A stretch of DNA of 63,959 nucleotides, filler included, from Octopus bimaculoides (taxonomy: Eukaryota): the NCBI RefSeq assembly GCF_001194135.2. It is 7 parts of 7 records of this genome, joined end to end, with 100 filler letters (N's around TTAATTAATTAA, not from the genome) between each part and the next. Parts side by side here need not be neighbours in the genome. Positions count along the whole stretch, not along the records: positions 62,443 to 63,959 come from NW_026411476.1; 6 more parts are not named here. The stretch is one strand, 5' to 3'. This document shows, in pieces, positions 63,805-63,959 of the stretch (positions are counted from its first letter, which is position 1; the number at the start of each line of letters is the position of its first letter). The position numbers and the translations under genes were made by a program. The notes below the pieces were generated by a model. That model was not told where the DNA came from. It saw nothing but the letters and a program-made list of their open reading frames with translations, and searched no databases.

Positions 63805-63833
<29 letters not shown>
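63724..63833. repeat. (CATA)n tetranucleotide tract
   Basis: Direct reading. Confidence 0.9.
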
Positions 63834-63835
<2 letters not shown>

Positions 63836-63959
63836 GTGTGTGCATGTATACGTGTTTTAATAACAGTCTGACTCAGCTCCATATGGCTTAAAGTTTCGTG
63901 AACGAGTAGGACTCATCCATCTTAGAAATATATGTAACTCCTACCAAATGTGTTAATTG

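Overview
AT-rich, gap-ridden eukaryotic DNA, most likely an Octopus (coleoid cephalopod) assembly. That assignment is inferred from the SINE repertoire and microsatellite load. I find no host protein-coding gene, tRNA, rRNA or CRISPR array that I can support; nearly all ORFs in the track are translations of microsatellites or N-gaps. The window is intergenic or intronic and contains: (1) dozens of tRNA-headed SINE copies, given local labels A-F; (2) three fragments of R4/Dong-clade (RT + RLE) non-LTR retrotransposons, each abutting an (AAT)n tract on its sense strand; (3) a decayed APE-type (CR1-group-like) LINE 5' half; (4) a decayed mariner transposase and a 217-bp mariner deletion derivative with TIRs; (5) very dense di-, tri- and tetranucleotide repeats; (6) assembly artefacts, namely six fixed 100-nt N44-TTAATTAATTAA-N44 spacers and three overlap duplications around 10-N gaps. 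The best candidate for an undescribed system is a retroposon nest built on (TAA)n tracts at 38.9-43.8 kb. It holds a Dong-like LINE and two non-coding passenger elements (X, and Y with two hairpins) that share the LINE's strand polarity on the AAT tract. Inverted SINE pairs that could be ADAR substrates are also notable. A few candidate micro-exons are reported at low confidence only.
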